Below are positions 47,615 to 49,090 of a DNA stretch of 49,090 nt, in pieces; the stretch's first letter is position 1, and every line of letters starts with the position of its first letter. Source of the stretch: Octopus bimaculoides (Eukaryota). The stretch lies in assembly GCF_001194135.2 (NCBI RefSeq), contig NC_068988.1, positions 74,272,212 to 74,321,301 on the forward strand. The letters run 5' to 3'. A program made the translations under genes and the position numbers. The notes below the pieces were generated by a model that saw only the letters and a list, made by a program, of their open reading frames with translations, was not told the DNA's origin and searched no databases.

Positions 47615-47990
47615 CCTTTTGAGGGTTGTTGTGACATTTTCTTTGGCTTATTCATCAGACTTCTGTGTTTGTTTTGGCATGGTTTTTATGGCTAGATGCC
47701 CTTCCCAACACCAACCACTTTACTGTGTAGACTGGATGTTTTTTATGTGGCACCAGCACTGGCAGAGTCACCAAGTAACTTGCAAGACAATGATCCTATG
47801 AGAGGGGAGGGGGCATTGGAGGAGGTGATCATGTGCCAGATGATGAAAGGTTAGAGTGTGACAGAGAGATAGAAACAGGTGTCTTGCAGTACAGTAGAGG
47901 AGGTACATAGTTACCTGGTCAAAGAAAGAGTGTGTAAGAGAGTGAGAGTACAAGAGAGAGCAGGAAAGAGATTGTGGAAAAGTGCCAGGG
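47615..47990 (-). mobile_element. 3' end of a related RTE-type or SINE-like element
   Basis: The reverse complement contains GGTGCCACATAAAAAACATCCAG...GTGGTTGGTGTTGGGAAGGGCATCTAGCC. Confidence 0.6.
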
Positions 47991-48651
47991 CACTTGTACA
48001 TATTTTTTTTTTTTTAGTAGCTTCTTGCACTTCGTCTGGTGTGTTAAGGAAGACTGTTCTGCCGTTGTTTGTAAGTGAACTTAGCATCATTTAGCATTTT
48101 TTGTGTCTATTTGACTTTTTCCATTTTCCAACAAGCTTGTGTGAAATTGTTTCCTTTCCGCTTAGAAAAAAGAATGGCTGCTGCTGTTTTATTAATGTTT
48201 GTGGAAGTAGTGGTGTTATTGGTATTGTTGTGGATGGTGGGGAAGGATGTGCTTGCATCATTTCTAAATATACTTTGCTCATTGCTGCTGCTTCTGTTGC
48301 TATTGTTGTTGTTGCTGCTGCTGTCTGTGCTTTGCTTTTCGACCATATCAACCTCTGGTTGGAAAACAATGTCATAGCAGCTGTTCCAGCAGCTTTCACT
48401 TCCCTCAATTAGGGAAACAATTTTAAATCTATCTTGGATCCCTATGTGGGTTTCATGTCCTCAAAGGGCAATCTCTAACCAGAGCAGCAAGCTGGGTTAT
48501 TTAGTTAGCAGTTCAACAAAATTTGGGATAACAACTAACAAAGCAACAAATTTTAAAGAAAATTTATAAGTAATGAACAAGTGTCTTTCCAAACACGTAT
48601 AATAATGATAATGATGATGTTGATGATGATGATCATGATGATGGTCACTCC

Positions 48652-48912
48652 TGTTATATGGACTGTTAGATATGTAATTCGTCTGACGTTCCGTGTGTCA
48701 CTGTGGTTCGTCTGAGTTCATTGTTTCATTGTTGTTGTCTTGTGTGACTGTCGTAGTAAAATGTCATTGATATTATATGGCGGACATGACTCTTGTTTAT
48801 TCATAACGAACATTGGGTGAGTGCGTTCTTTGTATGTAATTGAATAATAAATGTAATAATTAAATTGTACAACTCGTGTTATCTCTGCAAGTCATCCGAG
48901 GGAAATACAACA
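48652..48912 (+). mobile_element. 5' LTR (261 bp) of a second LTR retrotransposon
   Basis: TGTT...AACA termini; AATAAA at 48846-48851; followed by a PBS and an ATG. Confidence 0.8.
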
Positions 48913-48920
48913 GAGTTTAT

Positions 48921-48938
48921 TGGCGTCGCCGATAGGAT
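48921..48938 (+). promoter_or_regulatory. Primer-binding site, probably tRNA-Ser type
   Basis: TGGCGTCGCCGATAGGAT is complementary to a tRNA end ATCCTATCGGCGACG-CCA. A G discriminator and this end pattern are typical of tRNA-Ser; the identity is inferred. Confidence 0.65.
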
Positions 48939-48978
48939 ACATGCTTACTTTACCGTAAAATTATTCATCGTAATAACA

Positions 48979-49090
48979 ATGGCTGAAAAACAGACAGTAG
49001 AACTTATTAAATTGTTTAGGGAACAAATGGACAAGTAAATGCAACAACATCAGAGAGATATGGACGCTCTGTTAAAACTGTTTGGTGCTC
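48979..49090 (+). pseudogene. Start of gag-like ORF with premature stop, runs off the window
   Basis: MAEKQTVELIKLFREQMDK*MQQHQRDMDALLKLFGA, directly downstream of the LTR and PBS. Confidence 0.55.

Larger units (their letters stand above)
43345..47615 (-). mobile_element. L1/Tx1-clade LINE (ORF1 and ORF2) with internal RT deletion and two nested inserts
   Basis: ORF1: LWLIPTY...IPDLISLPNG...VEGR...ICGKTNH. ORF2 starts at ATG 45662: MELLRISSINACGL, then DSEGKLLVLDV, GDWNLIFD, YVDKIFCR, GYTDHKFV, KSPCLNGLPYE, FWPVVLLNADFKILANVL, then jumps to C-terminal GQALINFFKFHLKRK. (TAA)n tail. Confidence 0.85.

Overview
AT-rich animal DNA, most consistent with an Octopus-type cephalopod (inference from the TGEKP-linked C2H2 fingers, SINE types, (TA/CA)n and (GAT)n tracts; not database-checked). 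There is one intact protein-coding ORF: a 585-aa, 19-finger C2H2 zinc-finger gene (minus strand, 20544-22301), with a probable 48-nt upstream exon. Almost everything else is decayed or nested mobile DNA. Retroelements: CR1/L2-group, RTE (three types) and L1/Tx1 LINEs, and two Ty3/Gypsy pieces. DNA transposons: mariner, piggyBac, Merlin/IS1595-like and MITE-like foldbacks. Several tRNA-derived SINEs are also present. The most unusual item is a 495-bp head-to-head foldback element (4766-5260) flanked by a 15-bp direct repeat. It joins a tRNA-like Pol III head to a degenerate Penelope-type minimal hammerhead motif, and only one arm carries a 29-nt tail. A second, unrelated foldback (34106-34231) also carries hammerhead core motifs. 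Other items of note: an RTE family with a PHD-type finger inside its RT and a modular 3' UTR, a shared LINE/SINE 3' tail, a three-level nest (RTE in mariner in RTE-like LINE), a 27-bp minisatellite and an orphan zinc-finger relic. All alignments and translations were done by eye. There are three N gaps: 34452-34507, 38305-38451 and 40653-40818.
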